DNA of 64,000 bases from Mobula hypostoma (Eukaryota). Position numbers and translations under genes: made by a program. The notes under the pieces are model-generated. The model searched no databases, had not been told where the DNA came from, and saw only the letters and a list, made by a program, of their open reading frames with translations. Below, one piece after another: positions 48,430 through 62,327 of the stretch (positions are counted from its first letter, which is position 1; every line of letters begins with the position of its first letter). Where the stretch lies: the NCBI RefSeq assembly GCF_963921235.1, contig NC_086108.1, positions 77,936,001-78,000,000 of the forward strand, given 5' to 3'.

Positions 48430-49595
48430 TCAGAGTCAGAATCAGGATCAGGTAGAATATCCACGGCATATGTTGTGAAGTTTGTTATGTGGCAGCAGTA
48501 CATTGCGATACATACAAAATAAAAACTTAAATTACAGTAACAAGTATATATACTTCAAATTTTTAATGCAATAAGTAGTGCGAAAGGAGCAAAAATGTAG
48601 TGAGGTGTTGTTAATGGTTCAATGTCCATTCAAAATCAGAGGAGAAGAAGCTGTTTCTGAAATGTTGAGCGTGTGCCTTCCAGCTCCCTGTACCTCCTCC
48701 CTGATGGTATCAATGAGATGAGGACATGTCCTGAGTGACGGAGGTCCTTAATAATGGATCCAGCCTTTTTGAGACATCGCTCCTTGAAGATATCTTGGAT
48801 GCTGGGGAGGCTAGCACCCATGATGGAGCTGACTGAGTTGACAAATTTCTGCAGCTTAGCTTATTCTGATCCTATGCAGTGCCACCTTCCCCTCCCCATA
48901 CCAGACAGTGATACAGCCAGTTAGAATGCTCTCCACAGTACATCTGTAGAAATTAGTCAGTGTCTTTGGTGACACACCGAATCTCCCCGAAGTCCTAATG
49001 AAGTACAGATGTTATTGTGCATCAATATGTCAGGCCCAGGGTAGTTCCTCAAAGACGTTGACACCCAGGAACTTCAAACTGCTCACGCTTCCCAAGTCTG
49101 ATCCCTCGATGAGGACTGGTGTGTGTTCCCTCATCTTACCCTTTTTTTAGTCTTATTGATGTTGAGTTCAAGGTTGTTGCTGTGACACCACTCAATTAGG
49201 TAATCTATCTCCCTCCTGTACACCTTCTCGTAATCATCTGAAATTCTGCCAACAATAGTTGTGTCATCAGTAAATTTATAGATTATATTTGAGCTGTACC
49301 TAGCCACACAGTCATGGGTGTAGAGAGAGCAATAGGCTAAGCACACATCCTCGATGTGTGCCAGTGTTGATTATCAGTGAGGTGGATGTGGTATTTCCAC
49401 TCCACACAGACCGTAGTCTTCCAGAGAGGAAGCCGAGGATCCAGTTGCAGAGGAGGGCCCAGAGGCCCAGGTTTTGGATAATCTTAATCAGGGGTGTAGG
49501 GATGATTGTGTTCAACGCTGAGGTGTAATCAATAAACAGCAGCCTGACGTAAGTATTAGTATTATCCAGTTGATCCAAGGCCACATAAGAAGCCA
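48430..49595 (-). mobile_element. Rex1/Babar-like LINE 3' half
   Basis: YVRLLFIDYTSALNTIIP, GCVLS, YKFTDDTTIVGRI, NNLELNINKTK; (tctgat)-type tail at ~48430-48452. Confidence 0.8.
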
Positions 49596-49849
49596 AAAGT
49601 GAATGAAATATACCTGAATTGATGGTGCATTAAGGCAAGGATTAGGTGTTTATCTGATGATTGATCTCAGATGGTGATAAGGAGGCATACAGGAGTGAAA
49701 TAGATCAGGTGGTCAAGTGGTAATATTGGAAGTTTGTTAGGAAGGGATTTCACTCAGGTCCACTGCCTGAGAAGGCAGCAGTGGGTCATGGTGTAATAGA
49801 GCTTTGACCAGCGGCCAATCTGAATTTAAGATTGATTAGCAAGAGCAAA

Positions 49850-52800
49850 TTGAAGGAAGGCAGGGGCAAGTGCAGCAGCCGTTGTTGCAGTGGACAGAGT
49901 CAGAGCGGTGATATTGATACTTTCGCCCTTTGCGTCTTCAGTCAAGAGAAAGCAAAAGAAAAATAAATGCTCTCGGTAAAAAAAAATTTTCCTTCTCTTC
50001 TTTATATCTGCTCAACTGGGACAGTAGAGATATCAGGCAGGATGTGGGAATGCAGGGGGACTTCCAGTATTCCTGACGACTACAACTGTGAGAAATACAT
50101 CCAGCTGCAGTTTCTAACAATCCGCGTTAAGGAGTTGGAGCTGGAACTGGTTGAAATCCAGATCAATCAGGAGGCTGAAGGGGTGATAGATATGACATAT
50201 AGTGAGGTAGTTCCACTGAAGGCGCAGGACACAGGAAACCGGATGACAATCAGGAAGGGGAAAGGGGTTAAGGAGCCAGTGCAGAGTACCCCTGTGGCCA
50301 TTCGCTTCAACAACAGGTAATCACTTTGGATGCTGTTTGAGGGTGTTGACCTTACAGAGGAAAGTCACAGTGGTCAGTTCTCTGGCACTGAGTCTGGCTC
50401 TGTAAATAGGAAGGAAAGGCGGGAGAAAAGCAATGTTGTGGTGAGAGTGGCTTCGTTATTTAAAAGGGTGGAGAGGAGGTTCTGTGGACGAGATCGGGAT
50501 TCCCGGATGGTGTGATACCTCCTAGGTGCCAGGGCCCAGGACACCTTGAATCAACTCCTCAGCATTCTTAAACGGGAGGTTGATCATCCAGAGGTCATGG
50601 TCCATGTAGGTATTAATGACATGAGTAGGACGAGTGACCAGGTTCTGCATAGGGAGTTCAGGGAGTTAAATGCTAAGTTAAAGGCAGGGCCACTAGGTCT
50701 GTGATCTCTAGATCACTCCCCATGCCACATGCCAGTGAGGCCAGAACTAGGAAGATTATACAGTTTAATATGCGGCTAATAGTTGGTGTAGGAGGGAGGG
50801 CAGAATATTTTTGCATCATTGGGCTCTTCCAGAAAAGGTGGGATCTATACAAATGGGCCAGTTTACACCTCAACTGGAAGGGGACTAATATCCTAGCGGG
50901 AAGTTTTGTTAATGCCGCACGGTAGGGTTTAAACTAGAGTTGCAGGAGGATGGGAACCAGAGTGCTAGAACTGTTCATAGAGAGGTTGTGGAGGCAGATG
51001 TTGGTAAGACCCCGGACAAAGTTAGGAATCAAAAGGTTAAGCATGGTGCGACTGGCGTCCTGAGCTGCTTATTTTTTAATGCAAGTATCGTAGGAAAGGA
51101 AGATGATAATGCTGAAGGTATCTGGTTTACAAACAGAGGCGATGTGTAGTGAGGAGAGGCTGTTAATAGGGCAAAATTGCAGTCAACTGTACGAGTTGCA
51201 ACGTAAAGGGCGGACAAATTAAAAAAGGTTGAATACAGGACTGAAGGTGTTATATTTGAATGTTCGCTGTATACAGAATAAGCTAGATGAACTTGCAGCA
51301 CAACTACAGATTGGCATGTATGACGTAGGCATCACTGAATCATGGCTGAAAGAAGATGGTTGAGAGCTTAATGTCCAAGGATACACATTGTATTGAAAGG
51401 ACGGGCAGGAAAGCAGAGGGGGCAGTATTGCTAGTTTGGTAAAAAATGAAATCAAATTATTAGAAATAGATGACATAGGGTCAGAAGGTGTTGAATCATT
51501 ATGGATAGGGATAAGGAACTGCAAGGGTAAAAAGATCAAGATGGGAGTTGTATACAGACCCCCAAACAGTAGTAAGGATGTGGTCTTCAAATTACAACAG
51601 GTGATAGAAAATGCATGCCAAAAAGGCAATGTTACAATAATCACGGGGAATTTCAATACTTCAGAATGCATGTTGATTGGAAAAATCACATTGGTGCTGG
51701 ATTCCAGGAAGGGGAATTTCTGGAATGCCTACAAGGTGGCTTTTTAGAGCAGCTTGTGGTTGAGCCGACTAGGGGATCAGATATTCTGGATTGGGTGTTG
51801 TGCAATGAACCAGAATTGATTAGAAAAGGTAAAAGAACCATTGATCATAATATGTTCAAATGATCATAATATGATCATAATATGTTCAAATTTGGTGAGA
51901 TTTGTGAAAGAGAATCTAAAGTCAGATGCAACAGTATTGCAGTGTTGCAGTGGAGGAAAGGGAATTACTGAGACATGAGAGAGGAGTTGGCCAAAATTGA
52001 TTGGAAAAGAACACTGGCAGGGAGGATGGCACAGCAGCAGTGGCTGGAATTTCTGGAAGCAATTTGGAAAGCACAGGATATATACATCCCAATGAAGAAG
52101 AAATATGCTAAATGCAAGATGACATAATCATAGCTAACGAGAGAAGTCAAAGCCAACATAAAAGCCAAAGGGAGGGAATATAATACAGCAAAAATTGGTA
52201 GGAAGATAGAAGAATGGGAGGCTTTTAAAAACGAACAGAAGGCAACCAAAAAGTCTTTAAGAAGGTAAAGATGGAATATAAAAGTAAGCTAGCCAATAAT
52301 ATTAAAGAGGATACCAAAATTTTTTTCAGGTACGTAAAGTGTAAAAGAGAGGCAAGAGTGGATATCAGACTGCTGGAAAATGATGCTGGAGAGGTAGTAA
52401 TCGTAGAGGAAATGGCAGATGAACTGAATAATTATTTTGCATCAGTCTTCACTGTGGAAGACACTAGCAGTATGGTGGAAGTTCAAAATGTCAGGGGGCA
52501 TGAAGTGTGTGTTGTTACCATTAGTAGAGTGAAGGTTCTTAGGAAATTGAAAGTTTGAAGGTAGATGAATCACCTGGACCAGATCGTGTACACCCCAGGG
52601 TTATGAAAGAGGTGGCTGAAGAGACCGAGGAGGCATTAGTAATGATATTTTAAGAATCACTAGATTTTGGAATGGTTCCAAAAAATAGAAATCGGCAAAT
52701 GTCACTCCAATCTTCAAGAAGGAAGAGAGACAGAAGAAAGGAAACTATAGGTCAGTTAACCTGACCTCAGAGCTTGGGAAGATGTTGGATTCAATTATTA

Positions 52801-54090
52801 ATGATGAGGTCTCAGGGTACTTGGAGGCACACAATAAAATAGGCCATTGTCAGCATGGTTTCCTCAAGGGAAATTCTTACCTGACAAGTCTGTTGGAATT
52901 CTTTGAAGAAATAACACACAGGATAGACAAAGCAGAATTGGTTAATGTTGTTTACTTCGACTTTCAGAAATCATTTGACAAGGTGACACTAATGAGGTTG
53001 CTTAACAAGCTACGATCCCATGGTACTACAGGAAAGATTCTAGCATGGATAAAGCAGTGGCTGATTGGCAGGAGTCTGTGTTGCAACCGACTCTTCTTAC
53101 ATTATATGACAGAATTTGGATGATGGAATTTAGTGGCTTTGTCATGAAGTTTGCAGACGAAATAAAGATAGGTGGGGGTGCACATAGTTTTGAGGCAGCA
53201 AAGATGCTACAGAAGGACTAAGGCAGGTTAGGAGAATGGGTAACAAGATGGCATTTGGAATATAGTGTTGGGAAGTGCATGGTCATGTACTTTGGTAGAA
53301 GAAATGAACGGGAAGACTATTTTCCAAATGGAGAGGGAATATAAAAAATGGAAGTGCAAAGGGAATTGGAAATCCTTGTGTAGGATTTCCTAAAGGTTAA
53401 TTCCCTAAAGGTCTGTGGTGAGGAAGGCAAATGCAATGTTAGCATTCATTTCAAGAAGATTAGAATATAAAAGAAAGGATGTAATGTTGAGACTTTATAA
53501 AGCACCGGTGAGGCTTCACTACGGAATTGTGAGTAGTTTTGAGCCCTTTATCTAAGAAAGGATGTGCTGAAATTCAAGAGGATTCAAAGGAGGTGCATGA
53601 AAATGATTCCAGGATTGAATGGCTTGTCTTAGGAAGAGTCTTTGATAGCTCTGGCCCTGTATTCACTGGAATTCAGAAGAATGAGGGGTGACCTCATTGA
53701 AACCTATTGAATAGCGAAAGGCCTTAATAGAGTGGATGTGGACAGGATGCTTCCTATGCTTGGAAGTTTCAAGGCCAGAGGACGCAGCCTCAGAATAGAG
53801 GGGCGTCCTTTTAGAATAGAGCTGAGGAGGAATTTCTTTAGCCAGAGAGTGGTGATTCTGTGGAACTCATTGCCACAGGAAGCTGTGGAGGCCAAATCTT
53901 CATGTATATTTAAGCCAGAGGTTGATAGATTCGTGATTGGTCAGGGCATGAAGGGGTATGGAGTGGGGGTGGGGGGGGAAGGCAGGAGATTGGGGCTGAA
54001 AGGAAAAATGGGTTGGCCATGATGAAATGGCGGAGCAAACTCGGTGGGACAATTGGCCTAATTCTGCTCCTATATCTTATGGTCTTATGG
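49850..54090 (+). mobile_element. Near-full-length decayed CR1 LINE
   Basis: ORF1 remnants 49967-50925 (IRVKELELEL..., WDLYK...LHLN); ORF2 remnants 51436-54022; (tcttatgg)n tail at ~54074-54090. Confidence 0.88.
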
Positions 54091-54094
54091 TAAT

Positions 54095-55265
54095 GCAATA
54101 AAAACCTTGCACACAACCTCTGCAAGGTTAAGGAATTTATTGTAGACTTCAGGCAGGGGAAGCAAAGAGGACATATACCAATCCTAATTGAAATGTCATT
54201 GGTGGAAAGGGTGAGCAGCTTCAAGTTCTTGAGTGGCAACTCCTCAGAGGATCTATCCTGGGCCCATCATATTAATCCACATCCAAGATACATCAGCATA
54301 TTTACTTCATCAGGAGTTTGATAAAGTTTGGTATGTCACCAAACAGATGCTCCTCTTATGAGACATCATTAGAGAGCGTAAACGTGACTTCCACAGTTAT
54401 GTAGAGTTGAGCCTGACGCTGATAACGACTTATTTTTGCCGATTTGCAGTACATTTACAATAAACAAATGGATGAGCAATAATTTCCTGAAACTAAATGA
54501 AGATAAAACTGAAATACTGTCATGTAATGATGCTGAAAGCTAATCCACGCCTTTATATCGAATAGATTAGATGACTGCAATGCACTTTTTACTGGCATTC
54601 CAAATCAATTTATTGACAAACTACAAGTCATTCAGAATGCCACTGCTGGACTTTTAACCAAAACCAGGATGAAGGAAGATATAATTCCCATCCTAGCTAT
54701 TCCGCATTGGTTTCCTGTGTATTTTAGAATTGATTTTAAATTTCTCTTACTTGTTTTTAAAGCTCTTAATGGTCTGGGACTAAGAATACATCATGGAATC
54801 GTGTTTCTTTCATAACCCTGGTCGAGCTTTCAGGTCTTTTACTGCCAGTCTCTTTAAATTAAACTCTCTCCCTCAAAAGATAATTGGCAGGTCAGCTTCT
54901 TAAACTGTGTTTAAAGTTATTATTATTAATTTCTACAAATATACTATGGGGGTCATTCTGACTGGTTGCCTACTACAGAGCCTCCAATGCACAGAATCAT
55001 AAAGGGCTTCAGGGGATTATAGACGAGGCCAGCTCCATCATGGTTACGAGCTCACCATCATGGACATCTTCCAAAAGTACTGCCTCAAGGCCCCTCACCA
55101 TCTGGGACATGCCCTCTTCTCATTACCACCAGCAGGGAGGAGGCACTGGAGCCCACACTCAAGATTTTGGGAACAGTTTCTTTCCCCCTGCTATCAGATT
55201 TCTGAAAGTTCCTTGAGCCCATGAACATTACTTCACTATTCCTCTAATGAACTATTTATTTATTT
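54095..55265 (+). mobile_element. Rex1/Babar-like 3' fragment interrupted by an L2-like fragment (~54430-54910)
   Basis: The L2-like piece reads LKLNEDKTEIL...RLDDCNALF..LQVIQNA...HWFPVYFRIDFK.LLLVFKALNG; flanks resemble the other Rex1-like copies. Confidence 0.65.
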
Positions 55266-55709
55266 TCATTAAAACTAGGCATTTAGTTTGACATGGAATC
55301 TTACAGTAGTAAAGACAACTCATCTGCTCAAGACTTTGTTTGACCACATTAATAAAAATCAATTCTACTTTAACAGTGCAAGTAGCCAAACAATCCTTAA
55401 TAACTTGCCAAAACAAACATAACTTGCAAGAGTTTGTTTACAATTAATCTTAGGACTCATTGGTCTGTCATTCAACCATGGTTTAAATCTGAATAACGTT
55501 CTATTTTAATAACAGGAAATACTATAAATACTCAGCCAATCAGTTTGCACCTGTGAACGGAGAAACAGAGTTAACATTTTCAGGCAAATACATCATAACA
55601 CAATGTTCTAGCTTATCTATTTTGGGAAATTAAGTCTTTGTAGATTGAAATTAACTTCATAACCTAATATAAAATAAATCAAATAAAAAGTAAACTTTCT
55701 GGATCAACA

Positions 55710-56535
55710 AGTTTACAAATGATACCACAACAGTAGATATCACAAATAATGATGAGTTGGAATACAGGAAGGAGACAGACAGCTTAGTAACATGGTGCTA
55801 TAACAACAACTTTTCCTTCAATGTCAGCAAAACGAACACCTGAGAGGGTTGTGAGCTTCACGTTCCCAGCAGTGAACATCACCAGTAGTCTATCCTGGTC
55901 CAACCATGTAGATGTCAAGAAAGCTCACAGATGCCTTGACTTCTTCAGAAAGTTTTTTTTTTAATTGACAAATCCCTGTCAACCCTTACCAATTTTTAAT
56001 CAGTGCACCATAGAAAGCATCCTATCTGGATGCACAATGGCTTGGTATGGCAACTGCTCTACACATAACCAAAGAAAAGGCAGGCAATTGTGCTTACAGC
56101 TCAGCACATCACAGAAACCAATCTCTCTATGGACTCTGGACTCACTGCATCAGTAAAGCAGCCAGCATAATCAAAGACTCCACCATCTCTGCATACTCTC
56201 TTTTCTGCCTTCTTTCATTGGCCAGAAGATACAAAAACGCACATGCCAGCAGGTTCAAAAGCAGTTTCAACCTTGCTGTTAAAAGACTATTAAATAGTTC
56301 CCTAGTACGATAGGTTGAAGCTTCGACTTTACAATCTACTTCATTATGATCTTGAACCTTATTTTTTACCTGCACATCACTTTCTCTGTAGCTGTTGCAC
56401 CTTATTCTGCCTTAATATTGTTTTACCCTGTACGACCTCACTGCACTGTGTAATGATCTGATCTGTATGGACTGTTTGCAAGACAAACTTTTCACTGTTT
56501 CTCGCTACATGTGACAATAATAAAACAATTTCAGT
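55710..56535 (+). mobile_element. Rex1/Babar-like LINE 3' end
   Basis: CTIESILSGCTMAWYGNCS; 3' UTR ending gtgacaataataaa. Confidence 0.7.
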
Positions 56536-56944
56536 TCCTTTTCCAGCAGGTGAGCAATTAACATGTACTGAGGACTTGCACACTATTATGAATATCATGG
56601 TGTAATGGAGCGAGAGAGTATCGGTAGTGCTGAGGTCTTTCTCTTGATTATTATTAAGTCTCAAATAAGTGTTAGCATGGTCCTTCTGCCTAATGCCATC
56701 ATGGCACATAAACAGCATTGCAGGACCTCCTTGCTTGTATTTAATAGTTACTAAATAATTGGGCATTGTTATTTCAAGGATATCTGATTTGCAGTAACTT
56801 TGACATGTTGCTGACTTGCTGATTTCGTTGTTTATTTCACGATGTCCTTAGGTTTCAATCCTATAACTCTTTAGACGTTCTTTGAGCTGCACCCTGTCTG
56901 CCAATCATGGGTTGCTGGCTGAAGGAACTGTTTGTTTCATTGAG

Positions 56945-57893
56945 AGAAACAGCACAGTAGCAGGCTCCTCTGACCCAACATGCTCGTGCCACCAGTTTAC
57001 ACCTATGTGCCAATTAACCTACTAACCTGTACATCTTTGGGATGTGGGAGGAAACCGGAGCGCCCAGAGGAAAACTACATGGTCATGGGGAGACTGAACA
57101 AACTCCTGACAGACAGCGGTAGAATTGCACCTAAGGTGTGTCCCTACATTAGAAGATTGGTACGAAATTATCTTGGAAATATTTAAAATGAAAAAGTTGA
57201 CTTACTCCCTGAGAACTCAAAAAGAAACATTTTATCAAATCTGGAATAAATGGATTGAATATTTAACCCCAATGCGAGCAGACTTCAGATGACTCTCCTA
57301 ATGATTTATATTGCTCTTCTCATCAACACAGTAATATTGCTAACGTAAGCACCCCTAGTCTAAATGTTTGTTTTTTTTTTGGAAAATAGAGAATTAACAC
57401 AAGTAAAGGGAAAGATTTGGGAAAGGGATAAAAAAAATGAAAAAATTAAGTAAATAAGTACATAGGGATTGGATAATTATGTCTGCGGGCAGGAACAAGC
57501 ACGAACAAATTGGGATATAAACACCTACAATGGTTGGTATATAGGCTTGTATGCAACATTTTGGACCAGTGGAAATGGTCCAGAAGGGTTGTATGGAAAC
57601 TATTATTACCATTTTTCTTAACAACTAATTTCATTACTTAGCCTAATAGGTTAGATTTACCACAGTACATAATTATCTATTTAAATGTTTATTTTCCTTT
57701 TATATCATCTCAATGTGTACTTAAGAATGTATAAATAATTGTAGTTTTATACATATAAAAAAATGGAAAAGGTTATATGTGTGAAAAAAGTACATGATAA
57801 TTGTGAATTCCTTATCCAAATAAAAATAAAATTTAAAAAAAAGAACCTAAGGTGTGTCGCTGTAACTAACCATTATCCCACCACGCTGCCCCC
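56945..57893 (-). mobile_element. V-SINE-like element split by an L1 insertion in its tRNA-derived head
   Basis: SINE body 56945-57142 and head 57845-57893 join across the TSD. Confidence 0.65.
57143..57844 (+). mobile_element. 5'-truncated copy of the same L1 family as 14768-20586
   Basis: Near-identical reverse complement of ~14768-15465; 14-bp TSD acctaaggtgtgtc at 57129-57142 and 57845-57858; poly(A) tail. Confidence 0.95.
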
Positions 57894-59244
57894 AAAATGT
57901 AATTAACCTTAACCAAAAGAACCCTGGAAATGAATAGAGGAAGGACATGGCATTATGACTTACATCCAGTGCAAAATTAACTCTTATTAGCACCACCAAG
58001 CCATATCCACTGGCTTGTTACCTATGGAACCCTCCTACGATACTCCTCTCCACACAGTCTAAGTTACATCCAGTATTTCACATCAAGGATGAAGAAGAAT
58101 CCAAGTGAATGCATGCCCCAATCCAATGAACTTTTGCTCTTCCATTTCCTGATGCCTGCCAGTGTGACAGGTATGAGAGACTAAAAGCTATTAACATATG
58201 GATATGAAAATCCACGTTAGGAAAATGATATGACCTGTTCCCTGAGTGTTTTATATTCTCTCACCATGATAATGACATGACAAAAAGAACCAGCTGACCA
58301 GTTCTGATTATTTGGCTGTTTCTTTAGATTCTGTACGAGTTTAGTAATTATTAAGAAAAGAAAGTTGCAGATCAGATTTCTGTGTCTGCTTTTGTTAAAT
58401 ACAATGTTACAAGTCTTATCTTCTAGAACCGGAGTGATGAACAATTTAACTTAATAATGCCATGTGTAACCTTTTCAAAATGCACAAGATTTCAGCAACT
58501 GTTTCTGGGATGCAAGGCACAGTATTAATTTGATGTGAATTAGATGTAAAGAAGACCAGAGGTACTATGAAACATGAGTGGGAAAGAAAGAAGAGGAATT
58601 CCACTTGAAAAGACAGTACTTACATGAATGATGCACCTGTTGGTTAAGGTAATACTGTCTCTGGTTTTCCTCCGGTGTCCTTCAGACCACATATTAGGTA
58701 TTATCAAAAGTCTTTGGAGGGAAAAAAACACAGCTCATTGCCCAATAATTCTGGGACTTCTTCTGCTTTGTATATGACTGAGTCTGTGCTCACAACTTTC
58801 AGAGCTGAAGGTACTATGGCTCCGGAAAATGATGACTCGAGGCTTTGTAGCTCTGAAGCCTAGAACCAAAGGCAGTGAGGTGAACAGCACTTCAGAGGAC
58901 CACAGATATGTTTCAACAGATGGAAAGTATCAAAGTAAAGTGGCAAACAGGCAGAGAAGGACGAAACAGATAGAGTCTCGTCATGTGCTACCCAGGTATT
59001 CCAGCAAATGGACAGGCACTTACGATTGCGGCTGCTAGATATATCCCAATGGATGTAGTGACACCTCATTTACCTTCTACAAATGAGGGCCACTCCGACA
59101 GGTACTACCAAATCTGGTAAGGTACTATTAAATCTGTTTTCCCTTTCCACAGATGCTGCTTGACCTGCTAAGAATTCGCAATATCTTTCAGTATTTGAAG
59201 TGCCTTACTTGATGTAGCTCCCCAGACACACTAAAGGTTTATCT

Positions 59245-59990
59245 TATAGAGTCATAGACATAGTAGCACAAAGGAAACTATATAGTCTATTGTGTCCAGG
59301 CAAGCTCTCTGTACAGTAGCCCAATCAATTCAATTCCATCACTGTGTTGCTGTAGCCCTGTGAATTTATTCCCTTCAGATTCCTATCTACTTTTCGTTTG
59401 AAATCATTTATCTTTATTGATTCCAGGGTCCAGGTTATTACCGCTTGCTGCCTAAAAATGTTATTCTTCTCATCTTCCTGATATGTCCTTCCCAGAGCCT
59501 TAAATCTGTGCCCCATTGTCCTTCTGACAGCAGTGATACCAACACTATAACATGAACAGCTTTTCTTTCTCTACCTTATGTGTATCCTTGTACACTTCTA
59601 TCAAATCCCTACTCAAACTCCTTTGTTTGAAGGAGTCATCTCTTGTTTGAACTACATATCTAAAATCCCTCATTCCTGGTATCATTCTCAGAAATAATTT
59701 TTGCATCTGTCAAGGGCCTTCACCACCTTTCTAATAAGTTGTGACCAGAACTGGAGGAAATACCATTGCTCAACGTGGCCTTACAATGGTTCAGGATAAT
59801 TCTGTTACTTTTGACAATAGCTTATTTATTTTCTGAAGTCCAAGATCCCAAATGCTTTGCCAACAAACCTTTCATTGTATTCTACTCCATCCAAGGATTT
59901 ATGCACATAAACTCCAGGGACCTTTTACACATTTCCAAGTGTAGTGTAAATTAATCTTTGTCTTAATGGACTTTGCCTCATCTCTTTTTT
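59245..59990 (-). mobile_element. Very old CR1 3' fragment
   Basis: ORF 59325-59516 is a decayed CR1 C-terminus (GHRFK...F.QQAV..W...FKRKVD); atagagtc-type tail. Confidence 0.55.
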
Positions 59991-60531
59991 TTATTAGTCA
60001 TCAAATATCCTGAGTTGTGAAATGAAATGAAACTAACCTGATGCTGTGTGTTGCTTCCTTGATGTAATCGACAGAAGTGAATCTTGCCATTTTTCCCATT
60101 TCCCTCGCTGTTAGTCCTCAATGAAGCCTGAGAATCAGTTCTAAATCATTCTGCCGCAGGCCAACTATTTTTCTTCTTTCAGGTGAAGTACAGCTTTAAG
60201 GTAGCTCATCCATGACTGTGAGTTTTTCATGTCAATGAACTAATTCAGAAATGTAGTTCAAGGTCAGCCATCTGAGCTACAGGTGTCATTTCAGAAAACC
60301 GCTTTATTGATTCCAAGCACTACATAAATTTCCCAGCTGACATTAATGTCTCTCAGGGTTTTGTGCACCTGTGGTTATCAGGCTAATTTTTAGTCATAAT
60401 CCTTTGTTTCCAATGAAATCACTCCTGGTGGAAGGAGATGCCTCTGCATTTTCATGCATTAACAAAATATGTTTCTTATATAAAAAGTGATTTTTAATTG
60501 AACAAGCTATTAGATATACTGAGCAACACAC

Positions 60532-60663
60532 TCCTGACGAAGGGTCTCGGCCTGAAACGTCAACTGCGCCTCTTCCTATAGATGCTGCTTGGCCTGCTGC
60601 GTTCACCAGCAACTTTGATGTATGTTGCTTTAATTTCCAGCATCTGCAGAATTCCTGTTGTTT
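60532..60663 (+). mobile_element. 132-bp Penelope-pLTR-derived insertion into the end of an older Penelope-like element
   Basis: Begins tcctgacgaagggtctcggcctgaaacgtc; probable TSD acacac at 60526-60531 and 60664-60669. Confidence 0.8.
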
Positions 60664-60669
60664 ACACAC

Positions 60670-61480
60670 AAAATGAACTCAGCAGATCAGGCAGCGTCAA
60701 TGGAGGGGAGTAAAGAATTAGTGTTTCGAGCCGACAACCTTCATCAGGACTGTGAAGGAAATGGGCAGAAGCCAGAATAAGAAGGTGGGAGAGAGGAAGG
60801 ATACCAGCTGGCAGATGATAGGTGAGACCAAGAGAGGGGGAAGGTGGATGGGTGGGGGAGCGGGTGTGATGAAGTAAGAAGTTGTGAGGGGATATGTGGA
60901 AGAGGTTGAAGAAGAAGGAATCTGATAGAAGAGAACAGTGAACCGCGGACGAATGGGAAGGAGGAGGGGAACCAGACAGAGGCGATGAACAGGTAAGGAG
61001 AGGGAACCCAAAATGGGGAATGAAAAAGGGAGAGGGGTGAAGTTACCAGAAGTTAGAGAAGTCGATGTTCATGCTATCAGTATAGAGGCTACCAGATGGA
61101 ACATGAGGGCTTTCTCCTCCAGCCTAAGTTTGGCCTCATCATACCAGTAGTAGAGGTCATGGACAGACATGTCAGAATGGGAATGGGAAGCTGAATTCAA
61201 ATGAGTAGCCACTGGGAGATCTTGTCTTTTGCAGAGGTAGAGTGAAGATGTTCAACAAAGCGATCACTCAATCTGTTTTGGGTCTCACTGTTGTACAGAA
61301 AAAAGCTGCACCAGGAGCACTGTACACAACAGATGATCCCAACAGATTTGCAGATGGAGTGTTTCCTCACCTAAAAGGGCTGTGTGAGGCCCTGAGGGAG
61401 GAGGTATAGGGGCAGGTGCAGCACTTTCAAGAACATGTGCCAGGAAGGAGATCAGTGGAGTGAGACTGACCTGCATAATA
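60670..61480 (-). mobile_element. Penelope-like element 3' part (GIY-YIG endonuclease remnant plus pLTR)
   Basis: Minus strand remnants GII.CV.CS.C...Y..ET..RL.DRFVEHL...PVATH.NS..HSHSDMSVH...LRLEE...MNIDFSNF; pyrimidine-rich 3' UTR; degenerate hammerhead cagtcctgatgaagg...cgaaac at ~60722-60752. Confidence 0.8.
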
Positions 61481-61699
61481 CTGCAAAGATGAAAGAGGGT
61501 GTGGAAAAGAGTAAGTTTCATTTCATAGCATACAAAAAGTGATTCAGTTTAAGGTCAACCACAATCCTGATATGCAAATTAGAAAATAGTTACACCCAGG
61601 TATCAGAAATGTTGCAGATACTGTATGCTTAAGGGGTGGATAATTCATTTCATTCTTAATGGAAAGAAAAAGATTGGTGTCCAGTGGGACTGACTGGCC

Positions 61700-62262
61700 T
61701 TTGCTCCACGTGCAAAAAGCAGGATTTCCTGGTGGCCAACTATTTTAATTTCAATTCCCATTCCAACCTGTTGGTCCATGGCGTGCTTTACTGCTATGAT
61801 GAGGGTGGAAGATCAACACCACATATTCCATCTGGATTGCTTCCAACCTGATGGCATGAACATTGATTTCCCTAACTTGTGATAGTATTTCCCTCTCCCA
61901 CTTCCCTCGTCTTCCATTCCCCTCTCTGGCTCCACTCTTATCACTTCTCTACACTCACCTGCCTATCACCTCCCACTGGTGCCCTTCCTTCTTGCTTTTC
62001 TCCTGTGTTCACTCTCCTCTCCTCTCAGATCCCTTCTTCTCCAGCCCTTTACCTATTTCACCTGTTACCTCCCTGCTTCTTCCTTCATTCCCCCTTCCCC
62101 ACTCACCTGGCTTCACCTATCACCTTCCAGCCTGTACTCTTTCTCCTCCCCCCACCTTCTTACTCTGGCTTCTTCCCCCTTCCTTTTCAGTCCTGATGAA
62201 GGGTCTCAGCCCAAAACACCAACTGCGTACATGATGATTGCTGAGTTTCTCCAGCATTTTGT
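61700..62262 (+). mobile_element. Penelope-like element 3' end
   Basis: ...QPDGMNIDFPN ORF end, pyrimidine-rich UTR, cagtcctgatgaagggtctcagcccaaaac at ~62188-62217. Confidence 0.75.
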
Positions 62263-62327
62263 AAGTGTGGGTGGGATTTCCACTTTTGTTCAGAAGAACT
62301 GACGGAAAGAATCACGGTGCCACATAA

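Noticed and set aside
51842..51890. tgatcataatatgttcaaa repeats
   Set aside because: Small slippage duplication inside a dead CR1.
60670..62262. Two head-to-head Penelope 3' ends as one inverted insertion
   Set aside because: The halves are clearly diverged, separated by ~220 bp of unrelated DNA and share no TSD; more likely independent insertions.
61863..62302. Overlapping Pro/Ser/Leu-rich ORFs
   Set aside because: Artefact of the pyrimidine-rich Penelope 3' UTR, which lacks stop codons.
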